A stretch of DNA of 64,000 bases, from positions 96,001 through 160,000 of IMG/VR virus record IMGVR_UViG_3300029288_001872, one strand, 5' to 3'. Within the stretch, counting starts at the first letter, position 1, and every line of letters starts with the position of its first letter. The stretch comes from a virus (lineage: Duplodnaviria; Caudoviricetes). Both the position numbers and the translations under genes were made by a program. This document shows, one piece after another, positions 32,186-43,145 of this stretch. The notes under the pieces are model-generated. The model made no database searches, was not told where the DNA came from, and saw only the letters and a program-made list of their open reading frames with translations.

Positions 32186-34216
32186 ATGGACTTTAGGATG
32201 GTCAAGATAGCCATAGCAAAACAGTTTGAGAAACTTCAAGGTTACAATCTGTTTCGGTCAAGGGTTGGTAAGGAAGAAATGTGGCAGACATATCTTTCCA
32301 GTTTTCCAAATGGGTCAAATCCCATCTTTCGTGAGCGAACAGAACATGATTGCAGTTGTTGTCGGCAATTCATTGGCGCGGTTGGGAACATTGTGGCTGT
32401 GGTTGATGGAAAATTGGAAAGTATTTGGGATTGCAATGTACTTGGCGAACCAGATTATCAAACTGTAACTGATGCTATGGCCACCTTGGTCAAATCAAAG
32501 CCGATTGAATGTGAATTTTTTAATCCAGAAAGAATTGCTGGGACGGACAAAAACTTTGAGCAGTTGACCGAAGGAGTTAAGACTTGGGAACATTTTTTTA
32601 TCAATATCCCCAATAAATTTGTTAAACCAAAAGTCGCTATTGGTCCTTTACTCTCAGAATCATGTTCGAACCATGATGTTTTCTTGCGAAGCCTTAATGA
32701 GATTACCACAGAATCTATTAACATAGTGCTTGAACTCATAGGCCAAAATTCCCTCTATCGCGGAGAAGAAAACAAGTTTGCAGTGGATTCATTCCGAGTC
32801 CTAAAAAAGAACTTTGATAAGATTGAACTTGATTCCGATAAGGATATTTTTGTTTGGGATAATCTTAAAGAAACTCCCTTGTCTGTAACCAAAATCCGCA
32901 ATACTGCTATTGGCACATTGCTCACTGATCTTTCAGAAGGAGTTGATATTGAAGTTGCAGTGAGATCATTTGAAGCTAAGGTAGCCCCGGCCAATTATAG
33001 GCGTCCTACAGCCCTAATAACTAAAGGGATGATCGAACAAGCGAAGATGAAATTAGAGGAATTGGGGCTTACCTCAGCTTTGGAACGCCGCTTTGCCTCC
33101 CTTGAAGACATTTCTGTAAACGACATTCTATTTATTGATCGTCAGATAGAAACACAAGTGAATACTGACATCTTTGATGAATTATCTGCGGGGGTTCAAC
33201 CCAAGAACAGGAAAAATTTTGATAAGGTTGAAGAAGTTCCGGTAGAAAAATTTATTAAGGATGTTCTCCCTCAAGCTAAATCAATGGAAATCCTATTTGA
33301 AAATCACCAAGCAGGAAGTCTTGTAAGTTTGGTGGCTCCAGTTGACCCAACTTCAAGAGAACTTTTCAAATGGGGCAATAAATTTAGTTGGACGTATAAT
33401 GGAGAAGTTGCCGATTCTGTCAAAGAACGGGTGAAAAAAGCTGGTGGAGTTGTAGAAGGAGACCTATGTTGTCGCCTTTCTTGGTTTAACTTTGACGATC
33501 TTGACCTTCACATGAAAGAGCCAAGCGGGTATGAAATATTTTATGGAAATCGCAATAAGACTTCCTCTTCTGGTGGTCGTTTGGACGTAGACATGAACGC
33601 TGGTCGTGGTCAAACCAGAGAGCCGGTTGAGAACATCTTTTATCAAACTAAAAATCGGATGAAAGAAGGGGTTTACACTCTCAAAGTCCATAATTATCAT
33701 AAACGAGAAGTTGATAATGTCGGTTTTGAAGTAGAAGTAGACATTGAAGGAATAATCAACCGTTTCTCCTATATTCAACCTGTTGCTAATCAAGCCGTAA
33801 TTTTTGTTGCTGAAATTAAATACACTAAAAAAGACGGCTTTGAAATTGTCAAATCATTGCCGAAACAAACCCAAGTTGGAAGGGAAATATGGGGAATTAA
33901 GACTAATAGTTTTAATCAAGTCCGTGCTATGATGTTATCGCCCAATCATTGGAACGGCCATTCCATAGGGAATAAACACTACTTCTTCATATTGGATGGT
34001 TGTGTTAATGATGGCCCTGCTAGGGGTTTTTATAATGAATTTTTGAAAGAAGAACTGAATGCTCATAGAAAGGTCTTCGAGATTATAGGCTCCAAGACCA
34101 GACTTGCCAATAGTGGTGAACAACTGAGTGGGCTTGGTTTTTCATCAACCAGAAGAGATAGTTTGGTATGTAAGATCAAGGGAAATTTTACTCGCACTAT
34201 AAAAATCATTTTCTAA
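32186..34216 (+). CDS. Large conserved phage protein with YfaP/DUF2135-like C-terminal region
   Basis: HDCSCCRQF; DDLDLH...GGRLDVDMN...PVENI. Confidence 0.55.
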   Translation: MDFRMVKIAIAKQFEKLQGYNLFRSRVGKEEMWQTYLSSFPNGSNPIFRERTEHDCSCCRQFIGAVGNIVAVVDGKLESIWDCNVLGEPDYQTVTDAMATLVKSKPIECEFFNPERIAGTDKNFEQLTEGVKTWEHFFINIPNKFVKPKVAIGPLLSESCSNHDVFLRSLNEITTESINIVLELIGQNSLYRGEENKFAVDSFRVLKKNFDKIELDSDKDIFVWDNLKETPLSVTKIRNTAIGTLLTDLSEGVDIEVAVRSFEAKVAPANYRRPTALITKGMIEQAKMKLEELGLTSALERRFASLEDISVNDILFIDRQIETQVNTDIFDELSAGVQPKNRKNFDKVEEVPVEKFIKDVLPQAKSMEILFENHQAGSLVSLVAPVDPTSRELFKWGNKFSWTYNGEVADSVKERVKKAGGVVEGDLCCRLSWFNFDDLDLHMKEPSGYEIFYGNRNKTSSSGGRLDVDMNAGRGQTREPVENIFYQTKNRMKEGVYTLKVHNYHKREVDNVGFEVEVDIEGIINRFSYIQPVANQAVIFVAEIKYTKKDGFEIVKSLPKQTQVGREIWGIKTNSFNQVRAMMLSPNHWNGHSIGNKHYFFILDGCVNDGPARGFYNEFLKEELNAHRKVFEIIGSKTRLANSGEQLSGLGFSSTRRDSLVCKIKGNFTRTIKIIF

Positions 34217-34234
34217 TCAAAAGGAGGAATTGCT

Positions 34235-34645
34235 ATGACTGAAATTAACAATTTGTTTGCAGTGGCTTCACGTTTGAAATTTCGTTTTGAAACTCCCAGA
34301 GGTTCTTTGACAGTTGAAGACCTTTGGAACTTGCCTTTAACCAGCAGAACCGGCAAAGTTAATCTTGATGATATTGCTCGCAGCCTCTATCGAGATGTAA
34401 AAGATATGGGAGACGAGGTATCTTTTGTTGCTCCGATTCAAAAAACTGATGAAATCCCTGGACTCAAACTCGAATTGGTTAAGTATATCATTTCAGTTCT
34501 TGTTTCTGAGCGCGATACAGCAGCACAAGAGGCGGTCAGAAGAGAAAAGAAACAGCGGCTCTTGGAACTCATCGTCAGGAAGGAAGATGAAACATTGGCT
34601 GGCAAGTCTTTGGATGAACTGAGAGCCATGGTAGAACAACTGTAA
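34235..34645 (+). CDS. Conserved phage protein
   Basis: FRFETPRGSLTVEDLWNLPL; strong RBS. Confidence 0.55.
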   Translation: MTEINNLFAVASRLKFRFETPRGSLTVEDLWNLPLTSRTGKVNLDDIARSLYRDVKDMGDEVSFVAPIQKTDEIPGLKLELVKYIISVLVSERDTAAQEAVRREKKQRLLELIVRKEDETLAGKSLDELRAMVEQL

Positions 34646-34651
34646 CCGTGT

Positions 34652-34728
34652 CGGCCCTTGGCGCAGTCTGGTAGCGCACTTGCCTTGGGCGCAAGGGGTC
34701 CTTGGTTCAAATCCAAGAGGGCCGACCA
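34652..34728 (+). tRNA. tRNA-Pro(TGG)
   Basis: CGGCCCT/AGGGCCG acceptor stem, CTTGC-CTTGGGC-GCAAG arm, GGTTCAAATCC, CCA. Confidence 0.95.
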
Positions 34729-34740
34729 TGTTTTGGGTAT

Positions 34741-35086
34741 GGGAAGATTAAACCATCTTGCGAGCAGGTGGGTGGGGTGCAGCCTGAGAAAGAAATAAGG
34801 AGTCGCTGACCGTCTTTGAAGTTCTTTCTGAATAGTGCCTCTTATATGTTCGGTGCCACTTGTTGGCTTGATATGGGGTAATGCCCAGCCGGACATGACC
34901 ACAGAAGGGACGCCTTCTGTTTGTAGCCCCAGGTCTCACCTACCTGTCTGAATAAGAGAATAGGTGGCTCTGGTGTGAGCGTACTGCCTCTGGACAAAAT
35001 CAGAGGTAGCTTGGCAGAGGCAAGTGTCAGCACTAGTCGCAAAGCGTCTGGCAGAGTCGTTAAACGTCTCGAAGCGGCTTGTTTCT
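34741..35086 (+). ncRNA. Candidate large structured ncRNA
   Basis: GC-richer intergenic tract with several hairpins and long-range complementary segments. Confidence 0.6.
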
Positions 35087-37091
35087 GTTAAGTTTACATT
35101 TTTTAGAGAGGAAGTGAGTATGAAAATAATTGATGTTTCTGATAACTTACAAAAATTGAATTTACACAATACTTTTTTGTCCATAAAACTTTTGAAACTA
35201 CTTGCTATAAAGAATAATTACATTTTTATTACAGGGAATCAAAAGAAGAAAAACAAATGAATCTTATTTCTAGACAAGACCTTAAAAAAGCAATTAAAGA
35301 AGTAAATGAAAAATTCAAGATAAAACAAAGTCTTGCTGTTTCAACAGAAGATTTATCTAGTTTCTTGCGCTCTGTTTATATCAAACAAAAAGAAGCGATG
35401 CCTAAATTTGCAAGACAAGTGGCAGAATTGATACCGGAAGAAGAAACTTGTCCTGAATTTGGTTATGGATACAATCCTAAAGAATGCCAAGGATGCGATG
35501 AAGGACAAGAATGTAGGAGATTATCAGACCTGGCAGCAAAAGGTGATTATGATCCAGTTAAAAGATTTGTGGATAAATATGGAAACGTCCAACCTGTGAA
35601 TGTCATGTTTGATATTATTTGCAGAGAACCAGATATAGACAAGAATGAATTTGAAAAGAGAGTGAAAGCAACTGGAATAGACTATAGTTATCATGGTTTT
35701 GATTTGGCATGGAGAATGACGCAAAAGGTTGTCGCTGGGTTGAGAAGGCACAAATGGATGAAATAATGGAAGAATTAATAATTACACAAAAATATCTTCA
35801 AGATAATCCAAATTTTATCTTCGTCTTCGGGGATAACCATTTGAGGGAAGGAAAGGCTGGCGCAGCAAAATTAAGAGACCTTCCTAATTCCTATGGATTT
35901 ATCACAAAGAAGTTCCCAAACAATGACATCAAAAGTTTTTACAAACCAGAAGAATATAAACTCGTCTTTGAAAAAGAATTAGACAAATTGATATTTCAGA
36001 TTGTAATGCACCAAGATAAGACCTTTCTAATTAGCAAATTAGGCAGCGGCCTTGCAAACCGCTTTCATATTTGGGAAAAGGTTATCGAGCCAGAATTAAA
36101 AACACTGACTAGATATAAGAATGTAAAACTTTTATGGATGTAATAAATGAGAAACAATAGTTTAAAAGATGAAAGTTTAAAAGATAAAATAACAAAAGAC
36201 TTTCCAGAAATTTATTCAGACTGTTTCGATTTTTCTATTGGAGAAGGATGGTACAAAATTGTTTATAATTTAACAGAATCAATAAGTAAGATTGACAAAA
36301 ATGTAAAAGTTTTACAAGTGAAGGAAAAACTAGCCCTATTGAGATTCTACATCTCAATTCCAAACGAAGAAACAGTTGATGAAATTTATGTGTTAATTAG
36401 GAAAGCGATGGAAGAATCAAGTAAAACTTGTGAATTTTGTGGCACCAAAAAGAATGTTACTAAGGAAGGTGAATTTTGGGTAAAAACCTTGTGTAATAAA
36501 TGTAGAGAAAATTTATGAAAACTATCTACATTGTTTTTGGTAGTGAAGGAAGTTATGATGACTATCATGAATGGGATATTAAAGCATTTATTTCTAAAGA
36601 CAAAGCAGAACAATTTGTTGAATTGTTGAAAGAAGAAGCAAAAAGAGTAATTGAATATAATAATACTATTGGGAAAAAATATCCTTTTCCAAATAATGAT
36701 GGAACACTAAAAGACAGGAAAGAAAAGTTATCAGAATATCAAAGGATAAATGAATTAAGAAGAAGCGAAATAACCGAAAACAAGTATGATTCAATGACAT
36801 TTGAAGATAATCCTGAATATAACATAAAAGAACTTGAATTGGATGAAACACTACCTGTAGAAATAGTAGAATAAAATAAACACTGGAGAATTGAAAGAAA
36901 ATGACTTTAGACTGTGAATTTAACCCAGAAAAGAATCGCCCTTTGACCTTAAAGGAATATAGGGATGGTTTGTCTCATGCCAAGGCCGTGTATATGCTAG
37001 GTGGAGAAGAACAACTTGCAGTGTGTGAACACTGTGCTGAGATTCCTTTGTTGGTGAAGAAGTATAAGATAAAGAAGATGATAGAGGGATA

Positions 37092-38405
37092 ATGGAAGTT
37101 TCTTACATTATAGAAAGACTTTGTGGTTGTGGCTACCAAGTCTATATTGCAGGAGGAAGTGTAAGAGACGCCTTGGCTGGTCTACCATCCAAAGATGAAG
37201 ATATAGTTACTAATGCCACACCAGAAGAAATTGAAAAGATGTTTTCTGGCCACGATATAAAATTTGTTGGCAAACAATTTCTTGTAACTCTTGTGGACGG
37301 CATAGAAGTAGCCACATATCGCAAGGATGATTATGGCGGTTTATCTGATAAGAATTGTGAAGTATCCTTTGTTGAAACTTTGGAAGAAGATTTAGGTAGG
37401 CGTGATTTCACTATCAATTCCCTTGCGAGGTGTGAATTTACAGGAAAAATTCTTGACCCTTATAACGGCCAAGAAGATTTGAAGAAAAGAATAATTCGTT
37501 TTGTGAATAATCCAAAAGACAGAATTTATGAAGACCCAAATAGAATAATCAGAGCTTGCAGATTTCTTGCTAAGATTGATGGTAGTTTTGAATGCAAAAC
37601 TTTTGAAGCATTATGTGAACATTCTCATTATGTTCGAGATCATGTTGCTAAGGAAAGAATTAGACTTGAAATATTAAAGGCATTGGAATTACCAAAACCA
37701 TCTTTGTTTTTCCAAGCATTGTTTGAAATTAATGCTTTGCAATATATTTTTCCAAGTATGATTCCATGTGCTGACCACCATCACGGCAAACATCATAGAG
37801 AAGATATTTTTACTCATTTAATGATTGTTGGTGATTCTATTTCTTCTAAATATCCTTTATTAAGACTATCAGGATATTTACATGATGTTGGCAAACCAGA
37901 ATCATATTCAGATGATGGTAAATTTATAAATCATGAAAACGTTGGTGCTAATATAGTTGTAAAAGAACTACAAGACTTGAGATTTTCTATGGATGAGGTT
38001 TCTAAAGTATCAAATTTGATAAAATGCCATATGTATTCAATTAAAGATATTTCACCAAAATCAATTAGAAAGTTATTGGTTTTTCTCAATGAATTAGGTT
38101 TAGATTATTCAGAGTTTTTGAGGTTGAGAATTGCAGATAGAATTGGTAATTTAGCTAAACCAAATTTTACTTTAAAAGAAATCAAAGAAGTTCTGTTTAA
38201 GTTTAAAAATGTTATAGATGAAAAGACTCCGTTTAATGTTAAAAATCTAATGATAAATGGCGATGATGTCATGAATCTTCTTAATCTTGTTCCTGGAAAA
38301 AAAGTAGGAGAAATCTTAAAAATGTTGTTTGAATATGTTCTTGAAAATGGACCTGAGTATAATACTAGAGAAAATCTACTTGAGCAATTAAGAGAGATGG
38401 AATAA
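37092..38405 (+). CDS. CCA-adding / poly(A) polymerase family nucleotidyltransferase with HD domain
   Basis: GGSVRD, KDEDI, DLGRRDFTINS, EDPNRIIR, LHDVGK. Confidence 0.93.
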   Translation: MEVSYIIERLCGCGYQVYIAGGSVRDALAGLPSKDEDIVTNATPEEIEKMFSGHDIKFVGKQFLVTLVDGIEVATYRKDDYGGLSDKNCEVSFVETLEEDLGRRDFTINSLARCEFTGKILDPYNGQEDLKKRIIRFVNNPKDRIYEDPNRIIRACRFLAKIDGSFECKTFEALCEHSHYVRDHVAKERIRLEILKALELPKPSLFFQALFEINALQYIFPSMIPCADHHHGKHHREDIFTHLMIVGDSISSKYPLLRLSGYLHDVGKPESYSDDGKFINHENVGANIVVKELQDLRFSMDEVSKVSNLIKCHMYSIKDISPKSIRKLLVFLNELGLDYSEFLRLRIADRIGNLAKPNFTLKEIKEVLFKFKNVIDEKTPFNVKNLMINGDDVMNLLNLVPGKKVGEILKMLFEYVLENGPEYNTRENLLEQLREME

Positions 38406-39286
38406 TGGCAAGCATTGTAACAAACCTCGCTAAAAGAGGATTAATCAAACCTCCTTCGTATGCAATTGACACCCAGTATGAAATTATTACTGGTAGTGTT
38501 TCATATGGTGTGTCTTCTGGTTCTTCTGACCTTGATGTTGTTGGATTTTGCATTCCTTCCAAAGAAATTGTATTCCCCCATCTTGCAGGAATAATTCAAG
38601 GTTTTGGTTCTCACGGAGAAAAGTTCAATCAGTTTCAACAACATCACATAGAAGACAAAGAAGGAAGAAAAGAGTATGATTTAACAATTTATAACATTGT
38701 AAAATTTTTTCAATTGTGTATGGAAAATAATCCAAATATGGTGGATTCGCTTTTCGTAAGTCAGAGATGTGTTTTACATATTACCAAAATTGGGCAAATG
38801 GTGAGGGACAATAGAAAAGAATTTTTACATAAAGGTTGCTTTTACAAATTTCGCGGATATTCTTACAGCCAATTGCACAAAGCGAGAATCAAACAACCAA
38901 CAGGGAAAAGAAAAGAAATTGTAGATAAATTAGGATTTGACCCAAAATTTCTTTATCATTGTGTAAGATTGTTGGATGAAACAGAACAAATACTCATTGA
39001 AGGAGATTTAGACCTTGAAAGAAACAAAGAATATTTAAAAGAAATTAGAAGAGGAGAGGTATCATTAGAAAGAGTTGAAGAATATTTTCAAACAAGAGAA
39101 AAATATCTTGAAGAAGTTTATCAAAAATCAACCTTGCCTCATTCTCCAGATGAACAAAAAATTAAGAACTTGCTCCTTTCTTGCTTTGAAGAATTTTATG
39201 GAAATCTTGATGGTTGTATAAAAACGCTTGGAACTACAGAACAGATTATCAACGATTTGAAATTAATTGTAAATAAATATAGTTAA
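38405..39286 (+). CDS. Pol-beta superfamily nucleotidyltransferase
   Basis: GSVSYG...SSDLDVVG; NNPN; YHCVRLL. Confidence 0.85.
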   Translation: MASIVTNLAKRGLIKPPSYAIDTQYEIITGSVSYGVSSGSSDLDVVGFCIPSKEIVFPHLAGIIQGFGSHGEKFNQFQQHHIEDKEGRKEYDLTIYNIVKFFQLCMENNPNMVDSLFVSQRCVLHITKIGQMVRDNRKEFLHKGCFYKFRGYSYSQLHKARIKQPTGKRKEIVDKLGFDPKFLYHCVRLLDETEQILIEGDLDLERNKEYLKEIRRGEVSLERVEEYFQTREKYLEEVYQKSTLPHSPDEQKIKNLLLSCFEEFYGNLDGCIKTLGTTEQIINDLKLIVNKYS

Positions 39287-39843
39287 ACATTTCATAATGG
39301 ATACATCATAATGGCTATAAAATTCTCTTGGGAGAAAATTGTTGAAGGTCGTTTTAAAATGTCATTAGATGAGGCATGGGAACTTGAATCAGGTAAAAAC
39401 AAAAATGATGAAAAAATTTGGTATCAAAGAATAGGAATTAGACATGATGGTTACATAATTTTAAAAAGTTTAGACCCAGTATTGTTTGAGGCGTGGACAC
39501 CTAAACAAAAACAAACATTAAGAATTATAGCTAATAAATATCCAGAAATTGTAATAGATGAATATTATGAAGGTCAAGAAGGAGCTATTGTTTTTCCACC
39601 AAAATATCTACATGAAGTTGCCGAAACATTAGGCGCTAAGAAAAAAAGGAAGTTGACTGAAATTAAAAAAGATGAACTTGCAGAAAGGATTAGGAAGTAT
39701 AGATTTAAACCTTAATTTCACGCCTGAGAGAGCGTAGAAAAGGCTCAAAAACAAGAGATAATCTGAAATAGGTAGTTTGACAAGTCTTAGTAAAAATTTA
39801 TCAAAATAGAGGCTATTTAATTCAAGTTAAAAAAGGAAAATAA

Positions 39844-40824
39844 ATGAATAAAGTTAATGTTATCAAGGTATTAGACAGTATTTCGCCTATTTTATCTGAG
39901 GATTATGACATTATCCACTTCAATCAAGATTCCATTTATGCCGAAAGCAACATGATAGGAATTTCTTGCAATTTGGATTTTGGCTTCAAGGCTTCAATTA
40001 GAGGTATTGAATTAATAAAATTACTTAAAAAGATGTCTGGCGATGAAGTAGAGTTTAAACTCACAGACAAAACTTTGTCAGTCAAAGGTGGCGGTTTATC
40101 AGCCAAGTTTAAGAAATATGATAAAGAAAAAACACCACCAGATTTCACTGAATTAGAATTTAAAGAAGTACCAGACAATTTTATTGAAGCAATAACTGCT
40201 TGTTTACCTTCTGTATCAGATAAAGATATTCAAGGAATTTTAACTGGTTTGCATATTGACAATGCTTTAATGTATGGATGCAATAATGTTTCTGTGACTG
40301 AATATGAAATACCAGATATGGATGTAACATTTACACTTCCGAAACAAACTGCTTCTTTGCTGACTAAATTTAATCCAAAATACTATTATATTACTGATAA
40401 CAAGGCCATATTTGCCAATGAAGATAAAACTTCATATTTGTGGTCTGTGCTTATGGCTGGTGCTTATCCAGTTGAGAATATGGTTAAATTGTTGTCTAAA
40501 GAAGGTGATATTTTCTCTTTACCAGAAGAAATAGGTAAAAGAGCAGATATTGTAAGTCTGTTTGCCTATGATGCTCAAGACGGCAGTTCTTTTATTGAAG
40601 TAGATATACAACCAGATAAGATTGTATTAGGCGGTAACAAGTCTTTTGGGAATTTGGAAGATGTGATGGAATATAAGTCGGAAGGAAGTGTGAAGTTTCA
40701 TGTGAATAGTTTGTCTTTGAATCGAGCTTTGTTGATAGATAACAAATTTACATATTGTGGAAATTTCATTGTTTTTGAAAACAGCCAAGTCCGGCATCTG
40801 GTTTGTCTAGTTGACCACGCTTGA
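39844..40824 (+). CDS. DNA polymerase III beta-clamp-like protein
   Basis: Size, LTGLHI and MAGAYP motifs, replication context. Confidence 0.7.
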   Translation: MNKVNVIKVLDSISPILSEDYDIIHFNQDSIYAESNMIGISCNLDFGFKASIRGIELIKLLKKMSGDEVEFKLTDKTLSVKGGGLSAKFKKYDKEKTPPDFTELEFKEVPDNFIEAITACLPSVSDKDIQGILTGLHIDNALMYGCNNVSVTEYEIPDMDVTFTLPKQTASLLTKFNPKYYYITDNKAIFANEDKTSYLWSVLMAGAYPVENMVKLLSKEGDIFSLPEEIGKRADIVSLFAYDAQDGSSFIEVDIQPDKIVLGGNKSFGNLEDVMEYKSEGSVKFHVNSLSLNRALLIDNKFTYCGNFIVFENSQVRHLVCLVDHA

Positions 40825-40844
40825 TAACAGAGTAAATTAGATAA

Positions 40845-40959
40845 GGTATGGTCGGGTCAGGTTTGGTATGGTTGGGTCTGGTGTGGTGAGGTCAGGTAGG
40901 GTTAGGTAAGGTGTGGTAAGGTGAGGGTGTAAGTCTAGAAAATTAGGCTTACACAGTTT
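40845..40959 (+). ncRNA. GGT-NN pentamer array (16 perfect units) with 3' hairpin; candidate gapped guide RNA
   Basis: NN = AT CG CA TT AT TG CT GT GA CA AG TA AA GT AA GA; stem 40927-40937 with 40944-40954, then AGTTT. Confidence 0.88.
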
Positions 40960-40986
40960 TAAAGAAATTAAAAAGGAGAATTCAAA

Positions 40987-41241
40987 ATGCTAATGACACC
41001 ACAAAATAAAGATTGGGATGACTTTTGCGCCATTCTGGAAGGTCCAGAGGGATGCGATTTTAAGAAAGACGAAAAAGGAAAAATCACCTGGAAATGCGAC
41101 AGTAGTATGAATAGGCCGCTTGCCATTAAAATTCTTGCAGAATATTTTCCAGAAATAGATATTGAAGGTTCGTTAGAATATTTCAATGAGCACGGTGGTC
41201 TTTGTGATTGTGAAATTCTATTTAATGTAGGTGAGGAATGA
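40987..41241 (+). CDS. DUF2695-like protein
   Basis: HGGLCDCEILFN. Confidence 0.6.
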   Translation: MLMTPQNKDWDDFCAILEGPEGCDFKKDEKGKITWKCDSSMNRPLAIKILAEYFPEIDIEGSLEYFNEHGGLCDCEILFNVGEE

Positions 41242-42032
41242 CAGAAAAGAATTTAGAAGGTTGGACTTGGATTATTGGTACTCCAAAATGGCATTATATG
41301 AGAAAAGGTTTTTCTCTATGTGGAAAATGGATGTTACTTGGTAATCCAACTTTGGAACAAGGCAAACCTTTTTCTCTAGATAATTGTAAGGCGTGTAAAA
41401 AGAAATTGTTTAGTGAATATCCCAAAAAGGAGAAGAAAACCAATGGGTCCAAAAAGTTGTTATGAATGCAATAATAAAGATTTGTGTGCTATTCTTTTTT
41501 GTTTTCAGAAAGCAATGGAAGAGAGTCCTACGCTTCCCGTAGTGGACAGTGATGATTTTGAACACAGACTATACGAACTGCTTGGCCAAGATTGTTTGTA
41601 TTATAATTAAAGGAGATAAATAAGATGCCTACAATTAAAATTCCAGCAGAATTGGCAAGAGCTATTGTTTATGATGATACAGATGAGGGTGAATTAATTG
41701 AAGAAGAGATTTTTGATAGTGGCAGATGGTCTATCACCTATAAGGCTATAATTAAATATCAAGATAAATTTTACAAAACATTTTATAGAGTAGGTGCTAC
41801 TGAAGCACAAGAAGAAAAGCCTTGGGAATATGATGATGAAGCAGAATTAGTAGAAGTTAAGCAAGTAGAAAAAATGGTTAAAGTTTGGGAAAAAGTTGTT
41901 GATTAATGAAAACTAAGAATCAGGATTTAGATATCGGGGAAGATTTTGTTTCTGTTCCCAAAGAAGATTTAGATGTTTTCTTTCCACATATAGAAGGTCA
42001 ATATCATGCTGTTTGTCTTAATAATGGAATAA

Positions 42033-42644
42033 TTGGGCCATTATGTAAAAATAATAAAGATTCTATTTGTATTATGGGTTCTTTTGAAAGACCAAGGAAT
42101 TTTTATCATGCTTGGGACGGGAAAAATTGTTGGAAATGTCCTTGTGGATAACATACCAGAAATTATAAAACCATTCACAATTTTAGTGAAGAAGTTGATC
42201 GTTACCAATAAAACTTCTGAATGGTGTAAACTTCCTTATCCAAATCATCCAAAAGGTTGTCCTAATTATAACAAAAAGTTATTTTGTCCTCCCAATCATA
42301 TTGACATTAATAAATATTTTGATTTATCAAAACCATTATATTTCGTATTTGCAGAATTTGATTTAGAGAAACATTCAAAAAGAATGAAAGTTTTACATCC
42401 AAATTGGACAGAAAGACAATGTAAATGTTGTCTATATTGGCAATCAAAAGTTAGAAAACAATTAACTGAAAATATTAAGTTAGTATCAATGGTTTTAGGA
42501 ACTGATAGAACAACCAGTTGTCCAGAAGCAATGGGAGTAAATGTATTCGCTACTTGTGCTTTATCTGGTCTTAAATTGGAAAGAACAAGAGATTTGAAAA
42601 TAGATAGACATATAGCTTTAATAGGATATAAAATAGGAGAATAG
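42033..42644 (+). CDS. DUF2284-like metal-binding protein (start uncertain)
   Basis: GCPNYNKKLFCPP; PEAMGVNV. Confidence 0.6.
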   Translation: MGHYVKIIKILFVLWVLLKDQGIFIMLGTGKIVGNVLVDNIPEIIKPFTILVKKLIVTNKTSEWCKLPYPNHPKGCPNYNKKLFCPPNHIDINKYFDLSKPLYFVFAEFDLEKHSKRMKVLHPNWTERQCKCCLYWQSKVRKQLTENIKLVSMVLGTDRTTSCPEAMGVNVFATCALSGLKLERTRDLKIDRHIALIGYKIGE

Positions 42645-43103
42645 ATGGCAGATTTTGACAATAATAGATTTGCTTCAAAAAATCAAGAATGGGAAACACC
42701 AATAGAACTTTTCAACTTCTTGAATGAAGAATTTAATTTCACTTTTGATGTATGCGCTGATGAAAATAATAAGAAAACAAATAATTATTTTTCAGAAGAA
42801 GATGACGCTTTAAGTAAAGAATGGAATGGCATCTGTTGGATGAATCCTCCATACAAAGATTTGAAACTGTGGGTCAAGAAAGCCTATCTCGAAAGCAGAC
42901 ACAAAGATTGCACTGTTGTCTGTCTTGTTCCTGCTAGAACTAATACTAACTGGTTCCATGAATATTGTATGAAAGGTGAAATAAGATTTATTAAAGGCAG
43001 ACCTAAATTCAAAGGATGCGAACATGGTCTGCCACAACCACTTGCAATAATTGTATTTGGATTAGATTATTCAAATAATTATAAATCTGTAAAGTTGAAA
43101 TAG
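42645..43103 (+). CDS. DNA N6-adenine methyltransferase (phage Dam type)
   Basis: WETP, FDVCA, WMNPPY, VPART. Confidence 0.92.
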   Translation: MADFDNNRFASKNQEWETPIELFNFLNEEFNFTFDVCADENNKKTNNYFSEEDDALSKEWNGICWMNPPYKDLKLWVKKAYLESRHKDCTVVCLVPARTNTNWFHEYCMKGEIRFIKGRPKFKGCEHGLPQPLAIIVFGLDYSNNYKSVKLK

Positions 43104-43145
43104 ATAATGACTCCACAAAAGGTGGTTATATTTTGAGAGAGATTA

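Noticed and set aside
34741-35086. tmRNA or RNase P RNA identity
   Set aside because: No tRNA-like ends with CCA and no clear GAGGAAAGTCC motif; only a loose P4-like pairing
34438-35260. Several short ORFs overlapping tRNA-Pro and the GC-rich tract
   Set aside because: Atypical composition, no RBS, and overlap with a clear tRNA and structured RNA
36106-36120. Five-dinucleotide match of unit 60116 to LTRYK in ORF 35709
   Set aside because: Too short, and the rest of the unit does not align
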